Source: Nitrospirota bacterium
Lineage (GTDB): Bacteria > Nitrospirota > UBA9217
Direction: 5' to 3'
Length of the DNA stretch: 64,000 nucleotides
NCBI GenBank assembly: GCA_963845065.1
Contig: CAWJQQ010000009.1
Span: 544,001 to 608,000, forward strand
Made by a program: the position numbers and the translations under genes. Below, piece after piece: positions 39,635-49,922 of the stretch. The first letter of the stretch is position 1; each line of letters begins with the position of its first letter. A model generated the notes under the pieces. That model had not been told where the DNA came from, searched no databases, and saw only the letters and a list, made by a program, of their open reading frames with translations.

Positions 39635-40994
39635 ACCTTCCGTTTTAAAAAAGCTTAAAATAATCGTTGGCAATGATTACCTGTCCACTGTCCCTGAAGA
39701 TCTGATCGCATATTCCTACGACGCCACACAGCGTGAAGCATTGCCGTGGGCCGTCGCACGACCGGCATCAGCCAGCGAAATTTCTCAGGTGCTGGTGCTC
39801 GCGAACCAAGAGGGGTTTCCTGTTGTCCCCCGCGGGGCGGGGACAGGCATGTCCGGCGGGTCGGTGCCGACGCAGGGCGGTGTTGTCCTCTCACTTGAGC
39901 GCATGAAGCGCATTATCGAAATCGACGAGGAGAACATGGTTGCCGTGGTGGAACCGGGCGTCGTGACCGGAGATTTACAGCGTGAGGTAGAGTCACGGGG
40001 GCTCTTTTATCCCCCTGATCCGGCAAGCCATCAGTTCTGCACCATGGGTGGAAACGTCGCGGAGTGCGCTGGCGGGCTTCGCGCCGTAAAGTATGGCGTT
40101 ACAAAGGACTATGTGCTTAGTCTTGAGGTGGTTCTGCCTACGGGCGAGATCATCATGACGGGCGCGCGGACGGCCAAAAGCGTGGCGGGCTACGATCTTA
40201 CCAAGCTGATTGTCGGGTCTGAGGGCACGCTTGGCATCGTTACGAAAATAATCGTGAAGCTTCTGCCACTCCCTGAATGCGTGCGTACTCTGGCTGCATT
40301 TTTTTTAAGTGTTGACGATGCCGCTCGGGCCGCTTCGAAGATACTGGCGAGCAGAATACTGCCACGAGCGCTTGAATTCATCGATCATGCCGCACTCCGG
40401 GCTGTTGAGAATTACCTGAAAGAAGATCTGTCAGACGGCGCTATGGCTATGCTCATTGTGGAGGTAGATGGGCCGGAGGAAACGACTGCGCGCGAGAACA
40501 CCAAAATAGCCGATATCATGACCGCTTGCGGGGCAACACGGGTGAACAAGGCCGATTCCGCTTCTGAGAGAGAACAGCTTTGGAAAGCCAGACGCTCGAT
40601 ATCACCGGCGCTTTATACCATTAAACCGAGAAAGGTGAATGAAGATATCGTGGTACCGCGAAGCAAAATTCCTGATGTTCTGCGCGAAGTCAACGACATT
40701 GCGGAACGGTACGGAATTCTGATCGTGAATTTTGGCCATGCCGGAGACGGCAACATCCATACGAACATCATGATTGACGAGGCTGACATGCCGAAAGCCG
40801 AAGAAGCAGCGAAGGAAATTTTTGCCGCTACGCTTCGCATGGGCGGGAGTATTACCGGTGAGCACGGAGTAGGCATTTCCAAGGCTCCGTATCTACCGAT
40901 GGAGCTTAAGCCGAATGCGATTGCCGCAATGAAACGCATCAAACGGGCGCTTGATCCGAACAATATATTGAATCCCGGTAAAATGTTCATCTAG
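39627..40994 (+). CDS. glcD: FAD-linked oxidase, glycolate oxidase GlcD / D-lactate dehydrogenase family
   Basis: PRGAGTG.SGG, YPPDPAS, GSEGTLG, GHAGDGNIH, GEHGVG, LNPGK. Confidence 0.88.
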   Translation: MLRPSVLKKLKIIVGNDYLSTVPEDLIAYSYDATQREALPWAVARPASASEISQVLVLANQEGFPVVPRGAGTGMSGGSVPTQGGVVLSLERMKRIIEIDEENMVAVVEPGVVTGDLQREVESRGLFYPPDPASHQFCTMGGNVAECAGGLRAVKYGVTKDYVLSLEVVLPTGEIIMTGARTAKSVAGYDLTKLIVGSEGTLGIVTKIIVKLLPLPECVRTLAAFFLSVDDAARAASKILASRILPRALEFIDHAALRAVENYLKEDLSDGAMAMLIVEVDGPEETTARENTKIADIMTACGATRVNKADSASEREQLWKARRSISPALYTIKPRKVNEDIVVPRSKIPDVLREVNDIAERYGILIVNFGHAGDGNIHTNIMIDEADMPKAEEAAKEIFAATLRMGGSITGEHGVGISKAPYLPMELKPNAIAAMKRIKRALDPNNILNPGKMFI

Positions 40995-41094
40995 AGCGAA
41001 TGACCGCGATGCGACTACGGAGACAGATTACCATGGTAAAAGAGATTTTAAGCGTGAGGCGAAAGATGCCGAACGATAAAAAAAGGTCTCGAAT

Positions 41095-41763
41095 ATGAGT
41101 ATGCTTTTCACTCACTCAAAGGGTTGTGCGTCTCTCCCTGCCGCCTTGGTACTGGCCCTTATTTCTGTGTTTGCAGCGTTTTCATCATCTTGGGCGGGGA
41201 CAACTTCTGTCACAACGCAAATCGAAAAGCTTCGAAGGCAGATCGTGACGCTGCAGCAGCAGGCGGATGAGCTAGAGGAGGAGAACAAGGGGCTTCGCAT
41301 GTTCCTTGCTGCGCAGGAAGACAACCATATGTACATCGTCGTAGACACGGAGAGCAACAGGCTTATGCTACGACAGGGGAACATCGTACTTCTTACGGCC
41401 GTATGCGGGACCGGTAGCCGACAGTTCATCGAGTCTGAGACTGGGACAAGTTGGTACTTCGAGACACCCATGGGTTCGTTTACGGTCCTTGGGAAAGAGC
41501 GGAATCCAGTTTGGATACGGCCAGACTGGTCCTACGTGGAGGAGAACATGCCGGTGCCTGCGGAGAAGGATCCCGATCGGCTTGTGCGCGGAGTTCTTGG
41601 AAAGTATGCGCTGCTCCTCGGAAATGGATACAAAATCCATGGGACCAAATGGACCGATCTTCTGGGAACCCATTTTACACATGGGTGTGTTTCGCTCGGA
41701 GATGATGATTTGGAAGTCGTCTATAAATCAGCGGAGATCGGTACAAAAGTTTATCTTTATTAG
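41095..41763 (+). CDS. L,D-transpeptidase (YkuD family) with N-terminal coiled coil
   Basis: TPMGSF, PVWIRPDW, LGKYAL, IHGT...THGCV. Confidence 0.9.
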   Translation: MSMLFTHSKGCASLPAALVLALISVFAAFSSSWAGTTSVTTQIEKLRRQIVTLQQQADELEEENKGLRMFLAAQEDNHMYIVVDTESNRLMLRQGNIVLLTAVCGTGSRQFIESETGTSWYFETPMGSFTVLGKERNPVWIRPDWSYVEENMPVPAEKDPDRLVRGVLGKYALLLGNGYKIHGTKWTDLLGTHFTHGCVSLGDDDLEVVYKSAEIGTKVYLY

Positions 41764-41776
41764 TGCGGAGTCATCG

Positions 41777-42304
41777 GTGAAAAGCTGTCTCATAAAAATT
41801 CAGGTATTGTGCTTTGCTCTTTCAGCTCTTTTCCTAATGGGTGCGGCCAGAAGTGATTTCGCTGGTGATGAGCGCACATCGCTCGTAGAACAGACGTCAG
41901 CGCTACGGCAAAAAATCGTGGTACTCAGGCACGAGCAGGACTATCTGCTTTTTCAAAAGGCAATGTTCAGCACGGACTCGAAATATCTCATCATGAACTT
42001 CGCGAAGCGCACGGGACAGCTCATGTACAAAAACAGAGTGCTTATGAACTTTCGGTTTAAACTGCCAGGGAAATATCACGGGCGCCGGCTTCAGAAGGGA
42101 ATGTTGGTGCTTAGGAAGAAAACGGAGGGGAAGAATGACCATCACACGCTGGCCTTCGGTGGTAGGTCGTTTATCATGCAATGGGAGCGGACCGCTGTGC
42201 CTGCGAAGGAATCTGGCATTCCGGCCATATCTCTTCAAAAAAAGGACATGATGTCTGTCTATTATGCCTTAGAGGAGGGAGCCTTGGCGTACGTTATCCG
42301 TTGA
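41777..42304 (+). CDS. YkuD-fold-like exported protein lacking catalytic His/Cys
   Basis: GGAG RBS and GTG start; same layout as the upstream gene; the C-terminus ISLQKKDMMSVYYALEEGALAYV parallels VSLGDDDLEVVYKSAEIGTKVYL. Confidence 0.65.
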   Translation: MKSCLIKIQVLCFALSALFLMGAARSDFAGDERTSLVEQTSALRQKIVVLRHEQDYLLFQKAMFSTDSKYLIMNFAKRTGQLMYKNRVLMNFRFKLPGKYHGRRLQKGMLVLRKKTEGKNDHHTLAFGGRSFIMQWERTAVPAKESGIPAISLQKKDMMSVYYALEEGALAYVIR

Positions 42305-42609
42305 TCTCGGGGTATGACGTTTCCCATCCTGAAAAAAATACAGGCGGGAACAGGAGCGAAGGTACTCAGAATATGACAAACACGTTGTTGAGGTAAAATG
42401 TAGCGCATCTCAGAGCAGAATCCGACAGGAAGAGAGTCCCGGTTTTTTCTTGAAGATCTTGGAACTACTTCATTAGGAAGGCACCGCAGGACCCTCCGCA
42501 TGCTTAAGCGGTTTGAGCACGTCAACTGTTCTATCCATAGTCAGCTGTTTTTTAGGATTATCTTTTCTTCCGAGTGGTGAGTGCCTTTTCATCACCAGGC
42601 AATTTCAGG

Positions 42610-42637
42610 TTGACTCAGACCTAATTCACGGTATAAT
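42610..42637 (+). promoter_or_regulatory. Sigma70 promoter placing +1 at or near the ATG (leaderless candidate)
   Basis: TTGACT-16 nt-TATAAT, then 6 nt, then ATG 42644; no SD. Confidence 0.65.
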
Positions 42638-42643
42638 CATCCT

Positions 42644-44059
42644 ATGCGAGAACTCATTAGGGGCGAGGATTTTTACGATGGCACTGCCTTGCTCGGCGAC
42701 CCGGTGCATGGTTATATCTCTTTCACCACACCACGGAGCATAGGCGACAAGACCGAGAAAGATCTTATCGATACAGCCTGGATGCAACGCTTACGACAAA
42801 TTTATCAGCTCCAGAGTGCGCGTTGGGTCTACCCGTCCGCTGAACACAGCAGATTTCAGCATGTACTCGGCGCTATGCACCTGGCAGGACGTTTCGCCCG
42901 TCATCTTTATCCATCACTCAAGGCGGCAGTGCCCGATTGTCCATCAGCAAATTTTGTGGAGGAGTTCCTCAGGCTGGCCGCACTGCTCCATGATATCGGC
43001 CACGGTCCCTTCGGTCATTTTTTCGATGATAACTACCTTGCGCAGTACGATCTGACCCATGAAAAGATCGGCCAGCATATCATTCGAACAGAGCTTGCCG
43101 ATATCATCAAGGCCATTCGCAGAAGCCCAACCGGTGAGTTTGGCAAGGGAGAAAAACTGAACCCGGATCAGGTCGCTTTTCTTATAGGCAAAGGTCCTGG
43201 ATCGTCCTCGTCAAAACAACCACGCTGGGTCAGTTTTCTTCAACCCCTCCTTTCCGGCATCTATACCGTGGACAACCTAGACTATGTGATGCGTGACGCC
43301 TTCATGTGCGGAGTGGCCATCGGCGCTGTAGATATCGACCGACTCATGTATTACACGTTTTTCACGGAGAAAGGGCTAACGCTCCATAAATCCGGGCTCT
43401 CTGCGCTGAATATGTTCCTTAACGCCAGGCTATACCTATACACGAATGTTTATTACCACCGGACGACGCGGGCCATCGACGAGCACTTGAAAGAATTGTT
43501 CAAGGATACGATGGCAAAACTCTTCCCCCATGATAACCCGGTCAAGAACCTGAAGGAATATCTTCTTCTGACCGACTGGTCTTTGCTCGAAAGTGTACGA
43601 AAATGGGGAGGCAACAGGAATGCTGAAATCGCCGAACTCGGAAAACAGTGGACTGCCATCCTTGCCCGGGAGGTAAAATGGAAGATGGCATACGATGTTA
43701 CCCTGTCGATGCGGGAGATAGAAAAAGGGAAAACTATTATCGATGCTAGGGAACTCGTGAGCCGGATCAAACGGAACTTGCCTTCCAAGTTGAAAGAACT
43801 GCCCTTTCGTGTGGATATGGCTAGCCAAGACCCAAGACCAGTCAACCCGCTCATGATGGGCGAACGCCAGATCTACGTGTTCAACCCGTCCACGCGCAAA
43901 GTTGAGAAAGAGCCGCTCAAGGATTTTTTCGACTATATCCCCGCGCGTGTGGTACAGTGCCGGATCTTTACTCTCAACCACGACCATGACAAAGATTTCG
44001 CCGACATCGTGGAAAAAGTGCTTGGGATTCAGGAAGACAGCATTAAAACAAACGTCTGA
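42644..44059 (+). CDS. HD-domain phosphohydrolase (SAMHD1-like dNTP triphosphohydrolase family)
   Basis: DPVHG, QRLRQIYQL, HSRFQH.LG, LLHDIGHGPF.H, DNLDYVMRD, VYYHRT. Confidence 0.9.
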   Translation: MRELIRGEDFYDGTALLGDPVHGYISFTTPRSIGDKTEKDLIDTAWMQRLRQIYQLQSARWVYPSAEHSRFQHVLGAMHLAGRFARHLYPSLKAAVPDCPSANFVEEFLRLAALLHDIGHGPFGHFFDDNYLAQYDLTHEKIGQHIIRTELADIIKAIRRSPTGEFGKGEKLNPDQVAFLIGKGPGSSSSKQPRWVSFLQPLLSGIYTVDNLDYVMRDAFMCGVAIGAVDIDRLMYYTFFTEKGLTLHKSGLSALNMFLNARLYLYTNVYYHRTTRAIDEHLKELFKDTMAKLFPHDNPVKNLKEYLLLTDWSLLESVRKWGGNRNAEIAELGKQWTAILAREVKWKMAYDVTLSMREIEKGKTIIDARELVSRIKRNLPSKLKELPFRVDMASQDPRPVNPLMMGERQIYVFNPSTRKVEKEPLKDFFDYIPARVVQCRIFTLNHDHDKDFADIVEKVLGIQEDSIKTNV

Positions 44060-44297
44060 AGCTCTACCACCCTGCTTCAATTTTCCCGAATATTTTTTTT
44101 ATACCGATGCTTCAGCAGAAAGACGATTTTCCCTTAGGACATGCCGGAACAGAGCATGCACGTTGGACAACCCCCTAATCGCAGCATGCAATATAGTTTC
44201 TGCTCTCCCTTATTTTTTGTGTTTCTTTTCCTGTATACTGTGATTTGTCTGAATAGTTTCTGGTCATGGAGAGATGACGTTATCCTGTAGGCGGTTC

Positions 44298-44674
44298 ATG
44301 GCAAAGGTTAAACAAGAGCATAAGATCGTAATCAGCACGGCTATAGCCATCGTAATTATCTGGTGCGGTGACGCTGTTTACCAATCTTTTATTTCCCACA
44401 AAAGTTCTTTCCTGCACGTCCTTACTAATGTGACAGGCCATGAACCTGTTCTCCGAATAGCCCTCACCTTGAGTTTTCTCGTCTTCGGCATCTCTGTCTC
44501 ACGTATCCTGGCTAAACAAAAGCGTGCTGAAGCGGACCACAAAAAACAGACCACCGACATTGAGTGCTCCGTGAAGATGAGGAAGGTATCGATTCGCTGA
44601 TTAAGTGTGCCGATGATGCTATGTATGCTTCGAAACCGGGTGGGAGGAATCGCATAACTTTCGACAAGCAATAG
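44298..44674 (+). pseudogene. Membrane-anchored diguanylate cyclase remnant (large internal deletion)
   Basis: Two-TM N-terminus joined out of frame at about 44572 to IDSLIKCADDAMYASKPGGRNRI, the GGDEF C-terminal motif. Confidence 0.75.
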
Positions 44675-44829
44675 TCTTTATCCTCATATTAGCAAGACGC
44701 AACTTCTTCATTCCGTCTTGTCCGGGACCCAACAGCAGGAAGGATCCCTTCTGCGCCTCGCTTGTGAGAATGACGGAATTGCGTGATATGACGATCTCAA
44801 CATTATTGTGAGACGTTTAAAAAATAGTT

Positions 44830-46674
44830 TCATTTTTTTCTTATGCGGTCCTTGATCTTGTCTTTTATGGCTTCGGCAATCGCGGTGTGTGATATTCCTT
44901 CGTATCCCAAGAGCTCATCTGGCTTGCCGCTTCGGGGCATCTTTCGCACAGCGAGCATGTAAACAGGAACTCCTACACTGGAAACCGCGCTCGTTACGGC
45001 TTCGCCAAGGCCTCCTTCGGCAAAGTGGTCTTCCACTGAAATGATAAGGCCTGTCTCCCGGGCAGTCTTCACGAGAGTCTCCACATCGATCGGTTTTATA
45101 CTGTATAGATCGATCACCCGTACTAACAATCCTACCTGCTTCAATTCTTCATATGCCCTGAGCGCTTCATGGAGCGTAACCCCAGCAGCTACTACCGCGG
45201 CAATATCCGCCTTGTTTGACCGTAAGACCTTGCTGCCGCCGATGCGGAACACTTCGTCATTGCGGTACAAAATCGGCGTATCCTTCCTCGTTGTTCTAAT
45301 ATAGGCGATCCCCTCGTGCTTTGCCATCTCTTCGACGAGTTTTTCAGTAGACACCGCATCGGAAGGATAGAGGACCACGCAGTTTAGGAGTGTCCTGAAC
45401 ATGGCGATATCCTCCAAGCCCATCTGGGATGAGCCGTCTTCGCCTATGGATACGCCCGCATGGGATCCACAGAGCTTGATGTTTGCAAGGGAATACTGGC
45501 ACATGCGGATCTGGTCAAAAGCCCGGGTTAGGAAGGCTGCAAAGGTCGAAACAAATGGTACTTTACCGCGAATCGACAGACCGAGCGCATTGCCGATCAT
45601 GTTTTGTTCCGCGATATACATTTCAAAAAATCGTTCCGGGTATTTTGATTTGAAAATTTCGGAGTATGTCGAATTGCTCACTTCGGCATCGAGTACTACC
45701 ATATCCGGGAATTTCGGATAGATGCGCTCAAGAGCTGTGCCGTACGCATGGCGGGTGGCGACAGGTTTGTCCGAAGAATAAGAGACCGGCTTAGCATCGC
45801 TTCCCTTTAATTTTTCAGGTCTTAAATCGTCGGGTTTCGGTATATTTCCCATAGCTGTTGTGTCGATTGGGCCGAGATCCTGGAGAGCGCGCGCAAGATC
45901 GTCCTTTTTCAGCGGCTTGCCGTGCCAGCCGTTCTTGTCCTCGATGAAAGAAACGCCCTTGCCCTTAAGTGTTTTAGCAATAATCATGACCGGCTTGTCT
46001 TTGGCTTGCATTGCTTGCTTGTATGCCGTAAGGATCTGCGGCAGATAGTGGCCGTCGATGACGATGGGCTCCCACCCAAAGGACGCCACTCTGTCCCTGT
46101 ACACCGAAAGGTCATGTCCGTACATGGTCTCGCCGCGCTGGCCTAGACGGTTTACATCGATGATTCCGATGAGGTTGTCAAGTCGGTAATGTGCGGCGAT
46201 CTCCATGGCCTCCCACTGGGATCCTTCAGCCATCTCACTGTCACCGAGGAGCACGTAGGTCCGGTAGGGAAGCTTGTCCAGATATTTTGCATTCAGCGCC
46301 ATACCTGCACCGATTGAGAGTCCTTGGCCAAGCGAGCCTGTGGCTGCTTCGGTATATTTAAACTCCCGCGTTGGATGACCTTCGAGGGAACTCGTGAATT
46401 TTCTGAATTCGAGCAGTTCTTTTTCTGAAAGTCTCCCGGCAGCGGCCCATATGGAGTAGAATAGGGGCGAAGCATGACCTTTTGAAAAGATGAGCCGGTC
46501 GTTGTTCGGATGATGAGGATCGTCGAGGTCGTATTTGAATGTCCCCCCGAATACAAGGCCGGTCATGAGGTCCGCGGCAGATAGAGAGGACGTCGGATGT
46601 CCTGAACCCGCCTCGGTGGTCATGATAAGACTGTAGTAGCGAATAAGTTTCGCAATGTTTTCAAGATCGTTCAT
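44830..46674 (-). CDS. tkt: Transketolase (short, about 614 aa type)
   Basis: SGHPTSSLS, SKGHA, TGSLGQG, GDSE.AEG..WEA, IAEQNM, GEDGSSQMGLED, EDH..EGG. Confidence 0.95.
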   Translation of the reverse strand: MNDLENIAKLIRYYSLIMTTEAGSGHPTSSLSAADLMTGLVFGGTFKYDLDDPHHPNNDRLIFSKGHASPLFYSIWAAAGRLSEKELLEFRKFTSSLEGHPTREFKYTEAATGSLGQGLSIGAGMALNAKYLDKLPYRTYVLLGDSEMAEGSQWEAMEIAAHYRLDNLIGIIDVNRLGQRGETMYGHDLSVYRDRVASFGWEPIVIDGHYLPQILTAYKQAMQAKDKPVMIIAKTLKGKGVSFIEDKNGWHGKPLKKDDLARALQDLGPIDTTAMGNIPKPDDLRPEKLKGSDAKPVSYSSDKPVATRHAYGTALERIYPKFPDMVVLDAEVSNSTYSEIFKSKYPERFFEMYIAEQNMIGNALGLSIRGKVPFVSTFAAFLTRAFDQIRMCQYSLANIKLCGSHAGVSIGEDGSSQMGLEDIAMFRTLLNCVVLYPSDAVSTEKLVEEMAKHEGIAYIRTTRKDTPILYRNDEVFRIGGSKVLRSNKADIAAVVAAGVTLHEALRAYEELKQVGLLVRVIDLYSIKPIDVETLVKTARETGLIISVEDHFAEGGLGEAVTSAVSSVGVPVYMLAVRKMPRSGKPDELLGYEGISHTAIAEAIKDKIKDRIRKK

Positions 46675-46855
46675 AATGCACCCCTCTCGTATTTGCAACA
46701 GACGACACAGATTATACCAGGTAAAACTTTAGTCCCGAAAGGAAGGTCAGGAATTCACAAAAAGATAAAGTAAAACTGTTATCTTCCTGAGGAAATGGCT
46801 GCGAACATTCATGGATTCCCTGTCTTCTGCGTCCTGTTATGACATGTTGCTTATA

Positions 46856-48289
46856 TTATAACAGACGCTGAACTGTCACTTTAATGAGTTCGATAAGAGG
46901 TGTAGGATATACTCCGAACAAGATCAAGAGCAGTGTAAGCGCAGCAAGCACGATACTGCCACTTCGGGAAATTTTTATTTTCAGCCGAACATCATCTTTG
47001 AGATCCGAGAACATAGAGATTACAATACGCAGATAATAAAACAGTCCTATGACGCTGTTGACCACAAGGGCGAACACCACCAGCCAAAGCGCAGAGCCCA
47101 CGCTGGCAGCTACGATGTAAAACTTTCCTATGAAACCAGCAGTCAGCGGAATGCCGGCGAGCGAGAACAGCATGGCACTAAAAACGCCGGCAAGCCATGG
47201 CCGATTCCAGATGAGGCCGCGATAATCCTCCAGACTGTCCGCGTCCCGCTGCCCGTCTGAAAGCACTGTCACGACGCCGAACGCTCCGAGTGTCGTCACG
47301 AAATAGGCACTGAGGTAAAACGCTGCTGCAGCGGCGGCCATTTGGCCGCTTGCAAGCACGGTCACGAGCAGATAGCCGAGATGTGATATAGACGAATAGG
47401 CTAGGATGCGTTTTACGTTCGTCTGAAGCAGGGCAAGGAGGTTGCCTGCGAACATTGACGTTACTGCAATGACCGTAATGATTGTAACAATCGCTTCATA
47501 ATGATGAATGTTGATCTTCATAAAATAACGCAGAATGAGGGCAAAGACTGCGCCTTTAGACATGGTGGCAATCAATGCTGTGACCGGAGCAGGTGCGCCT
47601 TCGTAGACATCGGGCGTCCAGAGATGAAAAGGCACGACGGCAAGTTTGAATCCGATTCCCACGATGATCAGGCCGATACCAGCAAGGAAGGGTAGACGGT
47701 GCACTTCAGTGCCTGCTAACTGTACAGCGGTTTCGTTGAATCCCATGCTGCCTGTTTCAGCATACACAAGCGCCATGCCAAAGAGGATGAAGGCCGACGA
47801 TACTGCCGCAAGGATGAGGTATTTGGCCCCTGCCTCAACGCTGCGGTTGCTGTGTCGCAGATAGGCGGACAGGCCGTAAAGCGATATACTCAAGAGCTCA
47901 ATACCGAGAAAGAAAGAAGCAAAGTGCGTTGCCGCAGCAAGCACAGCACAGCCGAGCGCGGCAAGAAGGACGAGCAGATAAAATTCTTCACTATGTTCCT
48001 GATGTTTCTCAAGATAAGAATATGCGAGTGCGGAAACGCTGAATCCTGCGAGGAGAATGAGACCGAGGTAAAAGAAGGCGAAACGGTCGATGATGAGCAG
48101 CGGTGTGACTGCGCGGGGCAGGACGTAGGATGCGTATATAATGCTTGCAGCAGAGATCGCAAAGCCCGCGAGCGTAAGAAACACCGTGAATTTGTGGTTG
48201 CGATAAAAGGCGATCACAAGCATGACCAAGACGGATGTCGCGGCCAGGACAAGATAGGGTGAAAGAGCGGTCAAATCATCGATGTTCAT
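46856..48289 (-). CDS. nuoN: NADH-quinone oxidoreductase subunit N
   Basis: EAGAKY, FKLAVVPFHLWTPDVYEGAP, KRILAYSSI. Confidence 0.96.
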   Translation of the reverse strand: MNIDDLTALSPYLVLAATSVLVMLVIAFYRNHKFTVFLTLAGFAISAASIIYASYVLPRAVTPLLIIDRFAFFYLGLILLAGFSVSALAYSYLEKHQEHSEEFYLLVLLAALGCAVLAAATHFASFFLGIELLSISLYGLSAYLRHSNRSVEAGAKYLILAAVSSAFILFGMALVYAETGSMGFNETAVQLAGTEVHRLPFLAGIGLIIVGIGFKLAVVPFHLWTPDVYEGAPAPVTALIATMSKGAVFALILRYFMKINIHHYEAIVTIITVIAVTSMFAGNLLALLQTNVKRILAYSSISHLGYLLVTVLASGQMAAAAAAFYLSAYFVTTLGAFGVVTVLSDGQRDADSLEDYRGLIWNRPWLAGVFSAMLFSLAGIPLTAGFIGKFYIVAASVGSALWLVVFALVVNSVIGLFYYLRIVISMFSDLKDDVRLKIKISRSGSIVLAALTLLLILFGVYPTPLIELIKVTVQRLL

Positions 48290-49797
48290 TCTTCACCCCG
48301 TTTTGATTGGACCGGTTGCTCATGTAACGCGAGCGGGGCCATGTTCTGGAGCACGGGCTCGGCGGTTTTTAGCAATGGGCGGGGGAAGATGCCGATCCAG
48401 AAGATCATGACAATCATGGTTCCTAGCATAGCGGTCTCGCGTTTTGTAATATCTAAAATTCGCAAGCTCTTTGCCCTTTCTCCATGAAAGACTCGCTGCA
48501 CGATCCAGAGAGAGTAAATTGCAGAGAGGACAAGGCCGCTTGCTGCAACGATGGTTATTGAGCTATGGGCGCGATAGGAACCGAGAAGAATCATGAATTC
48601 AGCAACAAAATTGCCGAAGCCCGGCAGACCGAGCGAAGCCAAAGCGAATACAAGTCCTACTGCGCTCAGCCGGGGCGAAGCTGACCAGAGTCCGCCCATC
48701 CGGTCCATCTCGCGTGTATGGATACGCTCCTGGATCATACCGACGATGATGAAGAGAGCTCCGGTGCTCACACCGTGCGCTACGATCTGCATGATCGCGC
48801 CGGAGAGTGACGTAGTGTTGTTGGCAAAGACACCGAGCAGCACAAAGCCCATATGGCTGACGCTAGTGTATGCCACAAGACGTTTAAGATCGCTCTGAGC
48901 AAAAGCGAGTACTGCACCGTAGATGATTCCGACAGTGGCAAGGATCATCATCATCGGTGCGATCGAAGAAGCAGCATCGGGGAAAAGCGGCAGCACAAAT
49001 CGCAGGAGTCCATATGCCCCGGTCTTAAGGAGCAGTCCTGCGAGGATAACGCTTCCGGCAGTCGGTGCCTCAGTATGGGCATCAGGAAGCCAGGGATGAA
49101 ACGGGACGGCGGGCAGCTTAACGATGAAGGCTATAAGGAAGCCGAGCATGATCCAGAACGCTGTACTAGGGGACATCTTCGTACCGATTAACAGCGCATA
49201 ATCGAAGGTGTACGTACCGGTGCCGATGCCGTGAACGAAGTACAGCGCCAGGATCGAAAGCAGCATGAGGAGGCCACCGGCCTGGGTGAAAATAAAGAAC
49301 TTGAGTGATGCATAAACGCGGTTCTCATGTCCCCAGATGTTGATCAGAAAATACATGGGTACGAGCATCAGCTCCCAGAAGAAGTAAAACAGAAAAAGGT
49401 CCATCGCGAGAAACACGCCGAGGATGCCGGCTAGTATCCAGAGAAGGTTTAAGTGGAAGAAACCAACGCGATCGCGGATCTCGGTCCATGAACAGATCAC
49501 GGAGATGATACCGAGGAAGAGAGTGAGCGCCACAAGTATTAGGCTCAGGCCATCTATGGCCAGATGGAGGTTGATTCCGAGCTGCGGGATCCAGGGCTTG
49601 CTCAGCTCAGCGAGCCACGCGCCGCGGTTAAGTCCGAGTTGGACGGACGGCCCGGACCAGAAGGATATCAATAGGATTAAATCGAGTGCGAGTGCAACAA
49701 GCGAAACCCATCTGGCTGATTCGCTGTCCTTGCGGTCCAGAACCCATGCGGCAAGCCCGCCCACGAGCGGTATGAGGATGAGCCACGCGAGGATCAT
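48286..49797 (-). CDS. nuoM: NADH-quinone oxidoreductase subunit M
   Basis: FFWELMLVPM, WLPDAHTEAPT, LLKTGAYG. Confidence 0.96.
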   Translation of the reverse strand: MILAWLILIPLVGGLAAWVLDRKDSESARWVSLVALALDLILLISFWSGPSVQLGLNRGAWLAELSKPWIPQLGINLHLAIDGLSLILVALTLFLGIISVICSWTEIRDRVGFFHLNLLWILAGILGVFLAMDLFLFYFFWELMLVPMYFLINIWGHENRVYASLKFFIFTQAGGLLMLLSILALYFVHGIGTGTYTFDYALLIGTKMSPSTAFWIMLGFLIAFIVKLPAVPFHPWLPDAHTEAPTAGSVILAGLLLKTGAYGLLRFVLPLFPDAASSIAPMMMILATVGIIYGAVLAFAQSDLKRLVAYTSVSHMGFVLLGVFANNTTSLSGAIMQIVAHGVSTGALFIIVGMIQERIHTREMDRMGGLWSASPRLSAVGLVFALASLGLPGFGNFVAEFMILLGSYRAHSSITIVAASGLVLSAIYSLWIVQRVFHGERAKSLRILDITKRETAMLGTMIVMIFWIGIFPRPLLKTAEPVLQNMAPLALHEQPVQSKRGEE

Positions 49798-49922
49798 GAA
49801 TGTTTATCTCTCATAAGATTGAACCAATTGAACCTCGATGTTACGAAGTAAGCAAAAGAATTCCGGAGTGGAACGTGATTCAAGATATTTTTCGTGACCC
49901 TAATGCCCTAGTTGTAACCTTC

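Noticed and set aside
42644..44059. HD dNTPase as an anti-phage defence system
   Set aside because: Housekeeping neighbourhood with no defence-island genes.
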